Origin: Catajapyx aquilonaris
Taxonomy: Eukaryota
Assembly: GCA_000934665.2 (NCBI GenBank)
Contig: KZ538302.1
Span: 1-64,000 of the forward strand
DNA length: 64,000 nucleotides
Reading direction: 5' to 3'
The position numbers were made by a program, and so were the translations under genes. Below, one piece after another: positions 33,401-45,567 of the stretch. Position 1 is the first letter of the stretch, and each line of letters starts with the position of its first letter. Under the pieces are notes generated by a model. It did not search any database, was not told where the DNA came from, and was given only the letters and a program-made list of their open reading frames with translations.

Positions 33401-36124
33401 ATAATCATCAAAATGATTACGCCTATTACGAGGGTAATCACCATCCTGTACCAGCTGCAAGTGGACAACATGTGCATTTACACAGCACCGATTTACTGAC
33501 CTCCTGTCCAATGTGACCTGACCACCGAGTACCCTTAAAACTTCGTTACCATCAGTCCTGCCCTGATGAAACGGTCCCCTTAATGAAATCATGACCCTGT
33601 AATTACTGGCAGTTGGCTAATCACCTGTACGACACTGTCCATGTCTGGCAGACTCTGTACAAAAAAAAAAAAAACACCCATGGCCTCTTATCGATTCTCT
33701 CGCACGCCAGGTATTGATTCGCCATAAAAATGTGCCCGTACCTAAGGCTGTTGATGTTGTCCTACAGTCCTATTGTGCTAGAAAATATCGGCCCAGGCAA
33801 AATTCAGCCAGCAACAATAGGCATTATATCGCTTCAATACGAAATCGTCTCAATATTGCTGCCCTACACTGAACCACTTTCCTCAAATATGCCTCAGATA
33901 TGTTTGTGCCAAGTCTACTCGAATCACGCTCTTATTTCTGCATACGAAGACTACGTACCAAACCTATACCGGAGTAGCGTATGTACTGTATAGAAACATG
34001 AGCTTGAGTCGAGTCGACTTTTTCTCATTGGACTAAGGGAAATGAGGCTGACATTGTTGATTCCGGATATAACAGACATCAATGGATCGGGGGGTGAAAG
34101 TCCGTTATAGCCAAATCGCCTATTTTTTCAACAAATACACAAAGTTTTCTGCTTTCGATATGCTTATAATGCACACTACTGCATTTATTAATGAAACTAT
34201 CCACAAAATGCAAAATTAGGTCACCCGAAAATGTTGGACATAAATCGAGGCATACTGCCAGCGACATTTTCCGAAGCGGCAGAAGAAGGAATCTCGCTCG
34301 CCCGGCTTGCAGTATCCTTATCTTCAATTCCTTTTTCTGCCACTTCGGAAAATGTCGCTCGTAATATGCCTCGATTAATGTCCAACACTGTACAAATCCC
34401 CCTCCTTGTTAGTGAAGAACCTATTGCAACAAATCTCAAAATGGTACGTCAACCCGCCTGTAAAGTAGACTTGCGCGGATAGAGTAAACAGGCAAAACCG
34501 GAAGTTTGCCATGAAGCCTATTTCGACCATGCTGAATCCGAATCCGAAAACAGTTTGCCGTAATCTCCTGCAATTTAGGCCCTGATACCTGTCCACAGAC
34601 ACCGGACGGACAGATCCGTTCTATATCTTGCTTTTTTGAAGTGTGTGTGGGATTACTAGCTACAAGGTCGAATCTGGTGTACATCTTGACAGTGTGTTAC
34701 ATACAGAAGCAGCGTGGGTTCCTTATCTAGCTTGGAAGGGGCGAAACGTGAAGGGGTGAGACGGGGAGGCGCGTCGACACGCGTGCATTAAAATTTCAGG
34801 CCCAGACGAGCACATCATGTAAGCTGAACGCATGGGGGACCGTAATTACCCGCCGCACGCCCAGAGTCCTAGCACAGGAAATGCGAAAAAGGAAAATTCG
34901 TTAGGTTTATGGATTTTTCTCTTTCCCACCCCTCCAACCCCCACCCCCCCCCTGTTCCCACACACCCACCAACCTCCAATGCGCCGCCTTTGCCCCTTTT
35001 TACATATGTGGCGCGTATGCACATAGGACAGTTGAGACGGAATGACGGTTAGTCACTTAGCTGGCCCCGTTTGCTTGCTTCAAAAACATTTCGCAAATCG
35101 CTCAGGCGGATGGATAGGGGCAAATGCCCTTTAACATGATGAAGCTCCCTCAAACCCCTAAGGGGTGTTCATAACTTTCGATCCACCAGTTCATTACAGT
35201 ACTATATAGCTCAAAAAGAGGTGGCGATATGCATCGAAATTGTCTTCTACAGCCCCGTCACTCCTACCCCAGCCTTATGGACACCACTGTGAGCTTAGTT
35301 GCTCTCGATGTGGCTCTGATGTCGTTCCTCAGTTCCTACGGCGGTTCCTGGGGACGAATCGTTGCACTGAAGCTGGATCCGGAGCAACAGGGGTCTCCAT
35401 AAGGCTGGGGTGGGAGTGACACGGGGCTGTACAGTGTTGGACATTAATCGAGGCTCTGGTGGCTAGCGACATTTTCCGATTCGGCAGAAGAAGGAATCAG
35501 AGATAAGGATACTGCCAGCCGGGCGAGCAAGATTCATTCTTCTGCCACTTCGGAAAATGTCGCTATAGCAGTATGCCTCGATATATGTCCCAACTCTGTA
35601 CAGTCAGTACCAGACTGGACCACTAAATGAGCCTCCAGCAGAGGTGCTACCTCCCCCTGATGCAATAACCAGCACTCCCCAGGCAGCACCTCTGTTAAGA
35701 GGCTAATTTATTGGTCTAATCTGGTACTGACTGTATAGCCCCGTATCACTCCCACCCCAGCCTTAAGGAGACCCCTGTGAGCTTAGTTGCTCCGGATCCA
35801 GCTGCAGTGCAACGATCCGTCCCCAGGAACCGCCTTAGGAACTGGGGAACGACATCAGCGCCACATCGAGAGCAACGAAGCTCACAGGGGTCTCCATAAG
35901 GCTGGGTTAGAAGTGACGGGGCTGTATATGACATTATCAATGCATATCGCCACCTCTTTTTGAGCTCTATACACCATAGTTGCTCCGGAACTGAAGAAAG
36001 ACTGGATTGTACAGTACTGCACAGTCATGAAAATGAGTATCTTACCTGACTAGACCATGAAATTAGCCTCCAACACAGGTGCTGCCTAGGGGAATGCGAT
36101 TCATTGCATCTAGAGACCATTAAT

Positions 36125-36176
<52 letters not shown>

Positions 36177-39100
36177 ACCCCGGGCTAGGGCCCTAGGCCC
36201 TCTTAGGGGAGTGGAATACCACCATTCGGTGCACGGGACAGTATAGGGTAATGAGGGAGGGACACTGCTAGTGCAAGTGCAATGTCTCAAGTTGGGGGTG
36301 CAATCCCTCAGGGGGCCAGTTCGCCAAGATGCCCCCTAGATGCGGGTCAGACAACCACCACCGACACCGCACCTCCTCATGGACGGAACAAGGATAGGAA
36401 AGGAAGGAAGCGGTTGTGGCCTATTATTTAGGAAGCAATCCCGGAATTATCATGGGGAGACCGTGGGAAACCACAGAAAAACACGGTTAGAATTGCCAGC
36501 CCCGGGACCTCCCGATTAGCAGTCGAACACCTTATCGCTTATCCACTCCACCAAACTGCTTCGGTGGGAGGCAGCACCTCTGCTGGAGGCTAATTTCTTG
36601 GTCTAGTCTGGTAAGATACTCATTTAACTGACTGTACAGAGTACTGTACAATCCAGTCTTTCTTCAGTTCATTCCAGTCCTTCCAGATGTAAGATCTGTA
36701 AAGAATTTCCTTCCCCCAAACCTTCCCCAATCCCTGGCTCGTTCCTGTCTCCATTCTTCACCCTGTCCTGGCCAATTCGGTCCGCAACATTGTCACATAC
36801 CCGCCACCCCCAACAGCCCTTTGTCTAACTAGATGGCCAAGAACGCGAAGACTTCAGAAGAAGGTGGGAATCGCGCCATATTGCCCTCTCAACTCTTCTA
36901 AAAAAGTCACATTCCGGAGCTGCCAACAGATAAAAATACTCCACTACTTTTTGGCTCTATACCTTTTCAACCTGTTGATACCCCCGCTATACAGTTGTTC
37001 AAACCACGCACCTTCGCCACACCGCAAATTGCAGAACTTCCCCTTTTCAAAGCTGGAAAAATATGGGAACGGATGAGATAACCCTTCTCCAGTCTTCCGG
37101 AAAACCAAATACGGATTTCGCGATACTCAATTTCTACGGACGACTGAGAAAGCCTAGAACCCGATCGACTGTGCCTTTACTTTCACTGGTGCTCAGAGAA
37201 CCGAAGAGGGGCTTTTTCAAACTCCTTTGAACCCCTCAATCTCTTGGGCGCGTGTCGAAAAACCTGACACTGTATATATTTCCCCTATTTCGAACCGGAC
37301 GGTTCCGTGACCTCCAAGTGTGCGGGGATTCACACACGAACCAGGTTTTTTGCGCAGTCATTCAAGGTCAGGGTCGCATTTCGCAAGTATTAATGACTGG
37401 ACCAGCCCATACTCCTACCCGAGCCTTATGGAGACCTCCCAGCTGTAGGGAGTGGAGTTGCCGTTTCAGCGCTGAGGTGACGATCCTAGCGGACGAGTAT
37501 GCCTTTTCAGTACAATCCACGACCTTATACTCCGGATATAACAGACTTCATGGGACCGAGGAAATCAGCCTGTTATAGCCAAATCGCCATTTTTGCAACG
37601 AATACACAAGGGGTAGAATTTTCGTCATACTACTAGTTACTGCTAACTTAGCAGTACCATTGCCCTACACTGGTACTGCTAAGTTAGAAGTAATTAGTAG
37701 TAAGGCGAAAATTCAACTCAAGGTTTCTACTTTCCATATGCTTATAATGGCCACTACTGCATTCATTAATGAAACTATCCACAAAAGTGCAAAATCAGCT
37801 CACCCGTTAATTAGGCAGGACGAAAAAAATAATCAGGAATTTTATTCTGCCGTCCCCTTGTTGCCAAATATACCAGAAAAAGGATGATTGTGAGTGGCTC
37901 AGATCAGTGACAGATGCGAAAATCACCCCCTCCAGTATTCTCTGCCTTCCTGCACATGGGAAATGAAGTGAAATAATCAAAAACAGTATAATTTACCAAC
38001 GAGGGGCCAAGAAATGGTCTGTTATAGCCGAGGTGAGGTGAAAATGAGTTTGTTATAAGAAGTAAAAATATACAGGGCCTTATGGAAGTATGACGGGACC
38101 GGCTTTCGAGTGCGTCATAACCGAGGCTGTTATATCCAGACCGCTGAGACTCCTACCCCAGCCTCATGGAGACCCCCGTGCCGTTATCCGCAGTAAGTGG
38201 GATTGCCGTTTCAGCCCTGCCGGGGCGGGGGCTCAAAATGGCGATCGTGGCATACGATTCTGCATTTAGTACAATCCACGGTCTTATAATATCGACTCGC
38301 TACGATAGGTGGTGGGTCTTCGCACCCCCCATCCCCTGTTGGGCTTCGCCCCTATAATATCGATGCGAAGTGCTAGATGCAGAATCGTCCGCCAGGATCG
38401 CCACAGCAGTTCAATGAAGCTGCTCTACGCAAATGGTAAATCACTCGTCAAGTCCGTTGTACGCTCAACCGCCGAGTGATTCACCCATTGGCTTTACATG
38501 CCTTTACGAAGCACCCGCGGGCACGCGATTGGCCGCGCTCGCCCGGAGCTCCGCCCAACTTCAAACGGACGAAGCCTCAAGTGAGGACGGACGACGCCTG
38601 CAGTGAGGAAGGGCGGAGCCTAAAGTGTAGTCCCATTCACCTGCAGGTGCCCCGAACAAGGCAGCCGCTTGCAACTGAAGCGCCAGGGTACGCTCGTCCT
38701 CCGTCGGCATACCAGTCTCCGGTACCCATCCGTTGGCCATCAGAGCCGCAGCGTCTGTCATCTTCATCTCCGCGATGTCAAGCACACTCCTTCCGTTCCT
38801 TTGTCCACAAATTCCTGTCGCTGTCACCCTCCTGACCGGGACACCGGTATAAAAGTGTCAACGCTTGTCGGCGTCTTCACGCTGCATCATATCCGGACCG
38901 TAAAGCAATGCCCCTGAGTCTATCATTAGGCCCAGAACGACGATGTTATTTTTAGTCGGCAATTTTAAGGTGCGATTTCCGTTTATTAATCAGATTTATC
39001 GCTTGTTCTGGATTTACCGTCTGTTAATAATTAAACACTTTCATTCGAACTGACACTTCGGCTTAAAACCACGAATATAAAATCGACCCATTGCTAGTAC

Positions 39101-40264
39101 ACACTCGCGGTATTTCGAACACCTGACCATTAATCATTCCGGTCCATTAGCGGCAACAGATGGTCCAAGATGTTCCCGGCCTGTTCCGTCATTAAAACGA
39201 CAACCGATGCCAGCAACCTACCCTAGCAATACAAAAAAAAAAAAAACTGGAAATCCCCTAAAACCCTTCTAGGAATCCGGACAATTCCACCAGCGAAAGA
39301 ATGACGCACCCACGCGCTCTTTTCCTTTGTTTGTAAACAACGGACACGCGACACGCCCCGGGTCACCACAGGTCACAGACTACCAGCGTCCCGAATACTC
39401 CATACCCTCTTATCTCCTCGGCTACACCCACCCTAGTAACGTGAAACCGCACGGAACTATTTTTAAAATAGTAAGGAAGGGAGGGCCGAAAAAAATGGCG
39501 CACCGTTTCTCACCCCGCTTCAAGTGATTCATAATATTCTTGGGCCGAAAACTGCGAATGTTGCACTTGCCAAAAAGGAGGTTGCGGTGGTGTGGGTGGG
39601 GGTCCTTTCCACACATGCCTGTTGAGTCGGACACGCTTCCTGGCTCCTAATGGATGCCTAAGGAGGCGTTTCAACTCGGGCTACATCTGGCCACATGGGC
39701 TCTTAAAGCGCCAATTACAACCGAATTTTTTTAAAATGGCACCACCGCGGGGTAAGTTCCTCTCTGGGAAATCCCACCAGAGACGACGCCTGGGCTTCGT
39801 CCGGCGGCCAGGATCGCCGGACGAAGCCCCGAAACGAAGCTCACGGGGGTCTGCACACGGCTGGGCCAGTACCGAGGGTAGGGCTGTGAGATATTTCGAT
39901 ATATCGACTGTCGATACGATATTTTCATAATATCGAAGTTGCGATATCCGGCGCTTGGCGATGTATCGAATATCGCGATTTTTCGATGTCTGTTCGACGT
40001 CGGTTTTCGGTTTTTTTCGATATTTTCGATGTCGGTTTTCGATGTCGATTTTTCGATTTTCGATATATCGACTTGGATTCGATATTTTTAAGTATCGAAA
40101 GTCGACATGTAATTTCGGATATCGCACAGCCCTAAACGAGGGGTTACCCACTCTGGTAATCCAGTGTACACTTCGTTTGTTAATCATGATAATCATGATA
40201 ACCACGCAGAAATCAAAGGTAATCATGATAATCATGCAGAAATCGAAGGTCGTCGTCGTCGTCG

Positions 40265-40321
<57 letters not shown>

Positions 40322-42727
40322 CACTTCCCTATGAGGGGTAGTCAGCGATGAAGGGAGACGCAGGCTAACCCAACATAATTATGAACTAAACCTCAAAGGT
40401 CAAAGGTAATCATGATAAGCATGCAGAAATTACCTTTGATTTCTTCATGCTTATCATGATTACCTTTGATTTCTTCATGCTTATCATGATTACCTTTGAC
40501 TTATGCATGATTATCATTATTACCAAATCGAAGGTAATAATGATAATCATGTAGAAATCAAAGGTAATCATAAGTAATCACAAGTAATCATAGAGATTTT
40601 CCAGATAATCATGAGGTAATCTTGGACATCACTGGTTCTCATAAGGTAATCTGGGCAATAATGTGTAATCACAAGGTAATCTAGGGTACTCGCATGGTAA
40701 TCTATGATACACTGTTTAGGAGAGTGGGTAACCCCTTGGGTAGGAGTATCCGGACGCTGCTCTTGGCCATGAATCGAATTCATTCTAGACACTGCGGGCC
40801 ACAGGCCAATGGATTCCAGAATTAGAATGATTCACAAGCATGGCCCCGGGGGCCATATGTGCATTTAAAAACTAAGTTTCCCCCGCCCATTCAGCCTTTG
40901 AAGGTGCCAGCGTCACCCACACTTTATCGCATATTGGAGCACGAAATTTTGTGCTCATCATATATATATATGTATATTGCATACAGGGCAGGGGTTGGCC
41001 GAATGCACAGTTAAATGGTAATAAAATCCACATGTCGGCTGATAACAGGGTATGAATTATTATTAAATCCACATGCGACAGCGTCAGATTAATTCTGTAA
41101 TAAAAGAAATACCACGGAGGACCACCATTAATGCTGCATGGTCCTGGACATTGATTCCGGCAGCTTCTGACCTCCAATGGTCAGTGTGGGTGACAGTACC
41201 CCCCCAATCCGAAGATACGAAAATTTTCAGCCGCAAGGACACCCATTTATTAAGGAGGGGTCTGGGTGGGTGGCGAAGAATTTCGCGAGGCGATGGGCGA
41301 GGCCGCGGGAAATATTTTGGACCCCCACTTCGGGAGGCCGTCGTGGTGGGGGTGCAAGTCGAAAATCTATAAGCTGCATGCACCCTCTAAATGGCATACC
41401 TGTCGTGCGAGCATGAAATATGCATGGTCAGTGGGGGGTGCACCGACCTGTTTAGTACTGACATGTCAAAAAAATTCCTGTCCAATGCATCCATTGTGTG
41501 ACCTGACCTCTCCAGGTAGTCACTCCTGACCCCATAAATCACCTCAGGGTCATGGTCGTTGCATACAGCTTAATTATTAGATCTAGCCTCGCTCTAAGCT
41601 GCATACACGAACTGTACCCTCCACCCAGGCTCACCACTAGACACCCGCAGCCATCTAGTGGAGGGGGATTCACACTGTAACAAACAGGGGTGATCTAGTG
41701 ATGGGCCTGGGTGGAGGCTAGCATTTGCATATTGAGCCTAGAGCGAGGCTAGGTCGAACAAATTAGGTTGTGGGCAGCCTAGTGCATTATTCAGTTTTAA
41801 TAATGTGAAACAGTAGCACCTTGCAAAACTTCCTCCTTCTCCAAGGCCAACGGGGTGTGTGCGTACATGTCTTGCGTACCTAGAAAGTATGTTGTGCAAA
41901 GACACAAGAAGTCAGGACGACGCCCGTAAGGCCTCTAAAGGAACCCCCTGCAAATTACATCTAGCCCCAATGTCTTTACTAGGTAAGTAGTAGTCGTGGC
42001 GGTGCCATCAAATTTGAATGTGTGCAGAGAGGGGCGGAAACTCCCCAGGTCCTGAAGCCCTCTAATCGAGTGAGATGAGAAGGGCTGAGCAACCACCCTG
42101 AAGTATCCTTGTTGACCACATGGGTGTGTCCCACAGAATAAAAATTTCTTAGAAGCCGTCCATGCTATCGGCTTTTAGCCTCCAGGACGCCCGCCTGCCA
42201 AACTGTGTCATTAATTATTAGTCCCGCCAAATGTTCCACTTGCAGCCAGTGTTGTGTGTCAACAAATGGTCTCCCTAGAAACTGTTGCCGGGGCTATAGC
42301 CCCCCCTCTTTGCTACAAACACACTGGGGGCCCCCGCCCCGGTCCCTCCTGCCATATGCGGATTTTTCTGACAGCACCACCCCCCCCAGAAAAAAAAGGT
42401 CGATTCAAACATGGGGACACAAAAAAAAGTAGATGGGCGACGCCCCTCCTTTGCCCATAGAATGCACACAACATACTTCTCGCCTCCGGAATTGACAATT
42501 TATCAGATAAATGCGTGTTGTCATATCGCATCCAGTTTCCCAAAGCTTCCGGTTGATAAGCCGCTAGCACTTGGCAAAGGTTGGCAAACGCACAATGGCT
42601 ATGTCCCAGTATGTGGCTCAAAACATTTCGGGTGTGGACGTGGCCAGGATATGAACTGAATGACGCACTGCTGTCCAACTAAAAAATTTACCAATTAAAT
42701 AAAATGCAAACACATGTAAACCGGCAC

Positions 42728-42777
<50 letters not shown>

Positions 42778-44865
42778 TCATGTGGCTGAAAATAGGTTAG
42801 GGCATTCCTCGTAAAATTCCATTGCATGGTCAAGGTATGGTTGCGACACTTACTTCCCACACACGTACAAAGCAAGGCCAGGCATGGCTTCTTGCACAGC
42901 TGATTCAAGGGCATGAGGCACCCAGCCTTATTATTTTGCGGAGTATATGAGCCTTGAAAACTTTTGCACAGGAAATTTCTTTCATAGCCATGATCCCGAC
43001 GCCAAAAATATCCCAGCAGGTGAGTTGCGAGTTAAGTGCGGCTTGTCTTACCTGCCCACATTGCTCTGCTCCTGACGGCACACCAGTCGTGCTTGGACTA
43101 ACCCTTTTTTCCGTCTCTTACATAACGAGGAAGCTTCCTGGTATCAGGCCTCTTCCTATCTAGTGGCCTATATGTTTGCCTCACTTTTTTTCCCCCCCAA
43201 ACAAGATAGCGCGTGGGCTCTGATAGGGGCTGGCTGGGTGATTTTTATCATGCCGCTTCCATTTTTGGCAAGTGTGAGCAAAACAAACTCCTTGGCATCC
43301 TTGCTCGTATTTTGTACTACAGGGTCGTGGCTTTGCCCACATGAAACAGGTGTTGCCATTATCAAGGTACTGTGCAAGGCCGGAGTGAGGCATGTAGCAC
43401 ATGTGTTTGGAACAGGTTCCCCTGCATTCATCTTTTCTCAGCAGGAATGCGACAACAAATAATGAATCTTCACTGCTGCGGCCAACGAATAGTTGCCACT
43501 TTTGGCAGTTAGCTCGTTAAATATCGCTAGTTTTGCGGCCTGTACAAAGTTCGTCTTCATTACACCCGAGCTATGATAATATCGGAAAGGTAAAGGTCCA
43601 CCTGTTAATATGTTGTAACAACGTTTATAAATTTCTAGGAATAATTTCAGCACATATTGATTCTGATGCAACAAGTGACATTTATGATGAAAAATAGTCC
43701 AAATGCATACACACCACATTATTTAAGTCATCATTGTGCAATGAAAAGGACTGAAAACGAGGTCACTATCACTATAGTCTTTTGCAAGCATTTACTGCGT
43801 GCCATCCATGCCTCAATAAGACTAGGTTCCGACTAGATTACGCTCACTTCCTTATTGCCTTCTCCTTTTAAACCCACGTACATATTAGGACAACCCAATA
43901 TCAAGCCTGCCGCAACGTAGAACATCATTGTCCTAAAACTCCACTGCGGCCTTGCATCAATTAAAACTACATTCCTAATGAAGGCACTCCCCAAGTTGCC
44001 TCAACCGAGATGGGAATCACACAATATGCAACGGCAAGCCAGGAAGCCTCCCAGGAGGGATGGCCGCACTCCAAGACTTCCATTAAACTGATACAAAAGG
44101 TATGCATCTTGGCTTTCATACAACTACCATGTAGGTTCAATTACCTCGGCTTGACGTATTGAACGAAACTTTGCCGAGTTGCCGCATGGACATTTACATA
44201 TCATGCAGAAAAATTGTTGCGGTAACGCCTTAATTTTCAAGCTGCACTTTCATCCTTTTGTGCATGAACTACCGGTACGTGCCACTTATCTTTTATCCTC
44301 ATTTTGCGTCGAAAAAATGCAAACGGCAGATTACAATGCAAGACAGCTTAATAGTATCAGCGCACTGAACAATGCGCTATTCAGGCACACCCCCGTAGAA
44401 TTTTATACAAGGATAACAGTGCGCCATTTAGATTATTCATCATCTCACTATCGGCATCACAATAAGAACATTTGGCCCAATAACACAGTGAACTGGATAC
44501 TTGATCCGCGCAGAACACGAGCGCTCACAATGGAATGGCCACGGGCACATTGTAATAAAGCCAGCCCATTAAAAGTTATGCCGGCTCATGTTACACCGGC
44601 ACACGACCTTACGGCCAACAGTGTTCCGTCACCTTATCAAGCTACAGTGCGGCCAACCAATGTTCCGGCGTACCTAGGCCTAAGGGTGGCATGTTCCATC
44701 CCATCCCTTTCGAACCCTGGAGTCAGTGCAAATAAACAGAACATAAAATTAAATGAAGAGAAAATATTTACCAGAAAAAAATCGGAAGTGGCCCAGGGTC
44801 CTACCTTCGCCGTAATAGTCCATCATTTTTGGTCCGCGTCGACGCCACTCACCATTTTCATCCAT
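15495..44865 (-). CDS. HNRNPK: Heterogeneous nuclear ribonucleoprotein K (3 KH domains, Gly/Pro-rich linker); core coding exons 24212-24112, ~23131-23075, ~22166-22121, ~20766-20693, ~20617-20500, ~19151-19022, ~18709-18300, ~17644-17531, ~17416-17246, 15528-15495; distal first exon with ATG at 44865
   Basis: [15 protein letters not shown]-like start; KH1 [19 protein letters not shown]..|[23 protein letters not shown]2 [55 protein letters not shown]3 [55 protein letters not shown]. The link to the 44.8 kb exon is inferred from phase; the core is high confidence. Confidence 0.9.
16184..16247 (-). ncRNA. mir-7: microRNA mir-7 precursor hairpin (mature 5p at 16245-16222)
   Basis: The reverse complement of 16222-16245 is TGGAAGACTAGTGATTTTGTTGTT, the canonical miR-7-5p; it pairs with the 3p arm CAATAAATCACTAATCCTCCTAC; it lies in the last hnRNP K intron in sense orientation. 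Confidence 0.97.
25126..25372. repeat. Minisatellite, ~29-bp units (AGCCCTTACTGAACGCCTCTGCCATGAGA and variants)
   Basis: About 8 degenerate tandem copies, next to an N gap. Confidence 0.8.
27070..27106 (-). CDS. HNRNPK: Candidate proximal alternative first coding exon of hnRNP K ([12 protein letters not shown])
   Basis: ATG at 27106, 37 nt, phase-1 donor T|GTGAGT that joins in frame to the 24212 acceptor; promoter motifs immediately upstream. Confidence 0.45.
27120..27232 (-). promoter_or_regulatory. Candidate internal promoter of hnRNP K
   Basis: CCAAT (GATTGG at 27204), CACGTG (27152) and two YY1-type GCCATTT motifs (near 27125 and 27220) in a CpG-rich patch. Confidence 0.45.
28222..28410. 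repeat. 30-bp tandem repeat, about 6 copies (GAAACGAGGATTTTCCAAGCCTGCTCCCGC)
   Basis: Direct 30-nt periodicity; explains the repetitive ORFs at 28077-28433 and 28178-28429. Confidence 0.9.
30098..30524. mobile_element. MITE with ~85-bp TIRs (CCACTCAAAA...TTTTGAGTGG); related copy at 62142-62497
   Basis: Inverted arms CCACTCAAAAAACCAAGTTGGGCTCTAAAAATCGG..CCTGATTCCGAGGGTATAAGC match the 30450-30524 end. Confidence 0.75.
32456..32732 (-). mobile_element. tRNA-derived SINE with A-rich tail and 15-bp TSD
   Basis: Minus-strand head GGGGAGACGGAGTGGCGCCGCGGTAA...GGTTCAATCCC (A/B boxes); TSD ATTTTTCAACTAGAT at 32441-32455 and 32733-32747. Confidence 0.8.
34232..34390. mobile_element. MITE (TGTTGGACA...TGTCCAACA); second copy at ~35431-35598
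   Basis: Inverted termini, and near-identical internal sequence in both copies. Confidence 0.75.
35203..35971. mobile_element. Stack of nested/adjacent MITEs forming a large imperfect palindrome
   Basis: Outer TIR TATATAGCTCAAAAAGAGGTGGCGATATGCAT / ATGCATATCGCCACCTCTTTTTGAGCTCTATA encloses two inverted copies of a ~185-bp element plus two other small TIR elements, joined at TA/TACA. Confidence 0.75.
35988..36670. mobile_element. MITE with ~100-bp inverted arms, interrupted by a SINE
   Basis: GAACTGAAGAAAGACTGGATTGTACAGTACT... matches ...AGTACTGTACAATCCAGTCTTTCTTCAGTTC. Confidence 0.75.
36125..36565 (-). mobile_element. tRNA-derived SINE with (CAA)n tail; same family as 59938-60343
   Basis: Shares GGAAGCAATCCCGGAATT..GGGAAACCACAGAA..GGACCTCCCGATTAGCAGTCGAACACCTTAT with the 60 kb copy; (TTG)n at 36125-36176. 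Confidence 0.8.
38641..38767 (-). CDS. HNRNPK: Candidate alternative first coding exon of hnRNP K ([43 protein letters not shown])
   Basis: 127-nt open, protein-like frame ending in a strong phase-1 donor CAG|GTGAAT; compatible with the 24212 acceptor. Confidence 0.5.
39879..40134. mobile_element. hAT-type MITE (TAGGGCTG...CAGCCCTA) filled with TCGA/GATAT repeats
   Basis: Inverted termini TAGGGCTGTG / CACAGCCCTA; 8-bp TSD ACCGAGGG / AACGAGGG (7 of 8 match). Confidence 0.8.
40141..40734. mobile_element. TIR element with internal 30-bp tandem repeats and an (ATC)n microsatellite
   Basis: Ends GGGTTACCCACTCT / AGAGTGGGTAACCC; internal GATTACCTTTGATTTCTTCATGCTTATCAT units; (ATC)n at ~40265-40320. 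Confidence 0.65.
41583..41752. mobile_element. Small MITE
   Basis: CTAGCCTCGCTCTA / TAGAGCGAGGCTAG termini plus an inner CCTCCACCCAGGC / GCCTGGGTGGAGG inverted pair. Confidence 0.65.
42728..42776. repeat. (TAA)n microsatellite
   Basis: About 16 perfect trinucleotide units. Confidence 0.95.
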
Positions 44866-45139
44866 CACCGGTTCAGTGGGGGGATGGTAGGGGTTGCTTT
44901 TGTGGGGCCGGGGCTGTGCTGGGGCGGGCCTCGGTCGGGCGGTGAGACGTTTGGGGGGGACGCGGCGGCGGTGGTCACACAAAACGCGGGCGGGGGACGT
45001 ACAAGGCAGGCCCTCTTTTTTTCTCTCTCTCTCTGACTCCCTCGTTCTTCCTTCAGCTTCAGGCTTCGGTGGGGCAGGCGGGATGGAAGCGGCTACCGCG
45101 GGATTCGGCCCCTAGGTCGCCCCCCGAGCGGACATCTTG

Positions 45140-45490
45140 GAGGTCCCTAGCTTCCGATTGGCTGGAGCGGGAAGATGGCGGGCCGTAAGCGTGGGTCACG
45201 TGGTGTCTGAGCCTGGTTCTGATTGGGTGGAGCTGCAAGATGGCGGTGGTATGGTTGCGCAATGGGGGCGGCCATGTTTGGGTGACAGGGCTGCGGGTGG
45301 TTGCGCAATCGGCCGGGAGTGGCGCTAGTGTCCAACAACGCGGCTTGGAAACAGCTGCTTAAAATAACTGTTTTGCATATAATATTAAATTAATTACATT
45401 AAATTACAACGTTATTAATTATGTACGAACCGGGAACAAACACGTCAATTAATCATTAAATCATGTTGTATGTGCGCCGCCATTTTTAAT
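45140..45490. promoter_or_regulatory. Divergent CpG-rich promoter between the hnRNP K distal exon and AKR copy 1
   Basis: CCAAT boxes (GATTGG at 45156, 45221), CACGTG (45197), YY1-type AAGATGGCGG (45172, 45237) and CGCCATTTT (~45478). Confidence 0.6.
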
Positions 45491-45567
45491 CCAAACACAT
45501 CCGCTTGAAGCTGAACCGGTCTGAACTGTTCAGAAGGAATTTATTGACCTATTGACCTCCAGGCAGG

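Noticed and set aside
39681..40341. 213-aa poly-Met and 128-aa poly-Ile ORFs
   Set aside because: Artefacts of the (ATC)n microsatellite and a MITE.
44828..44849. About 20-nt similarity (GTGGCGTCGACGCG.ACCAAA) between the hnRNP K exon-1 extension and the NDUFS7 intron MITE
   Set aside because: Too short, partly palindromic, and without flanking similarity.
44179..45036. 285-aa plus-strand ORF
   Set aside because: Non-ATG start, no recognisable motif, and antisense to the hnRNP K distal exon.
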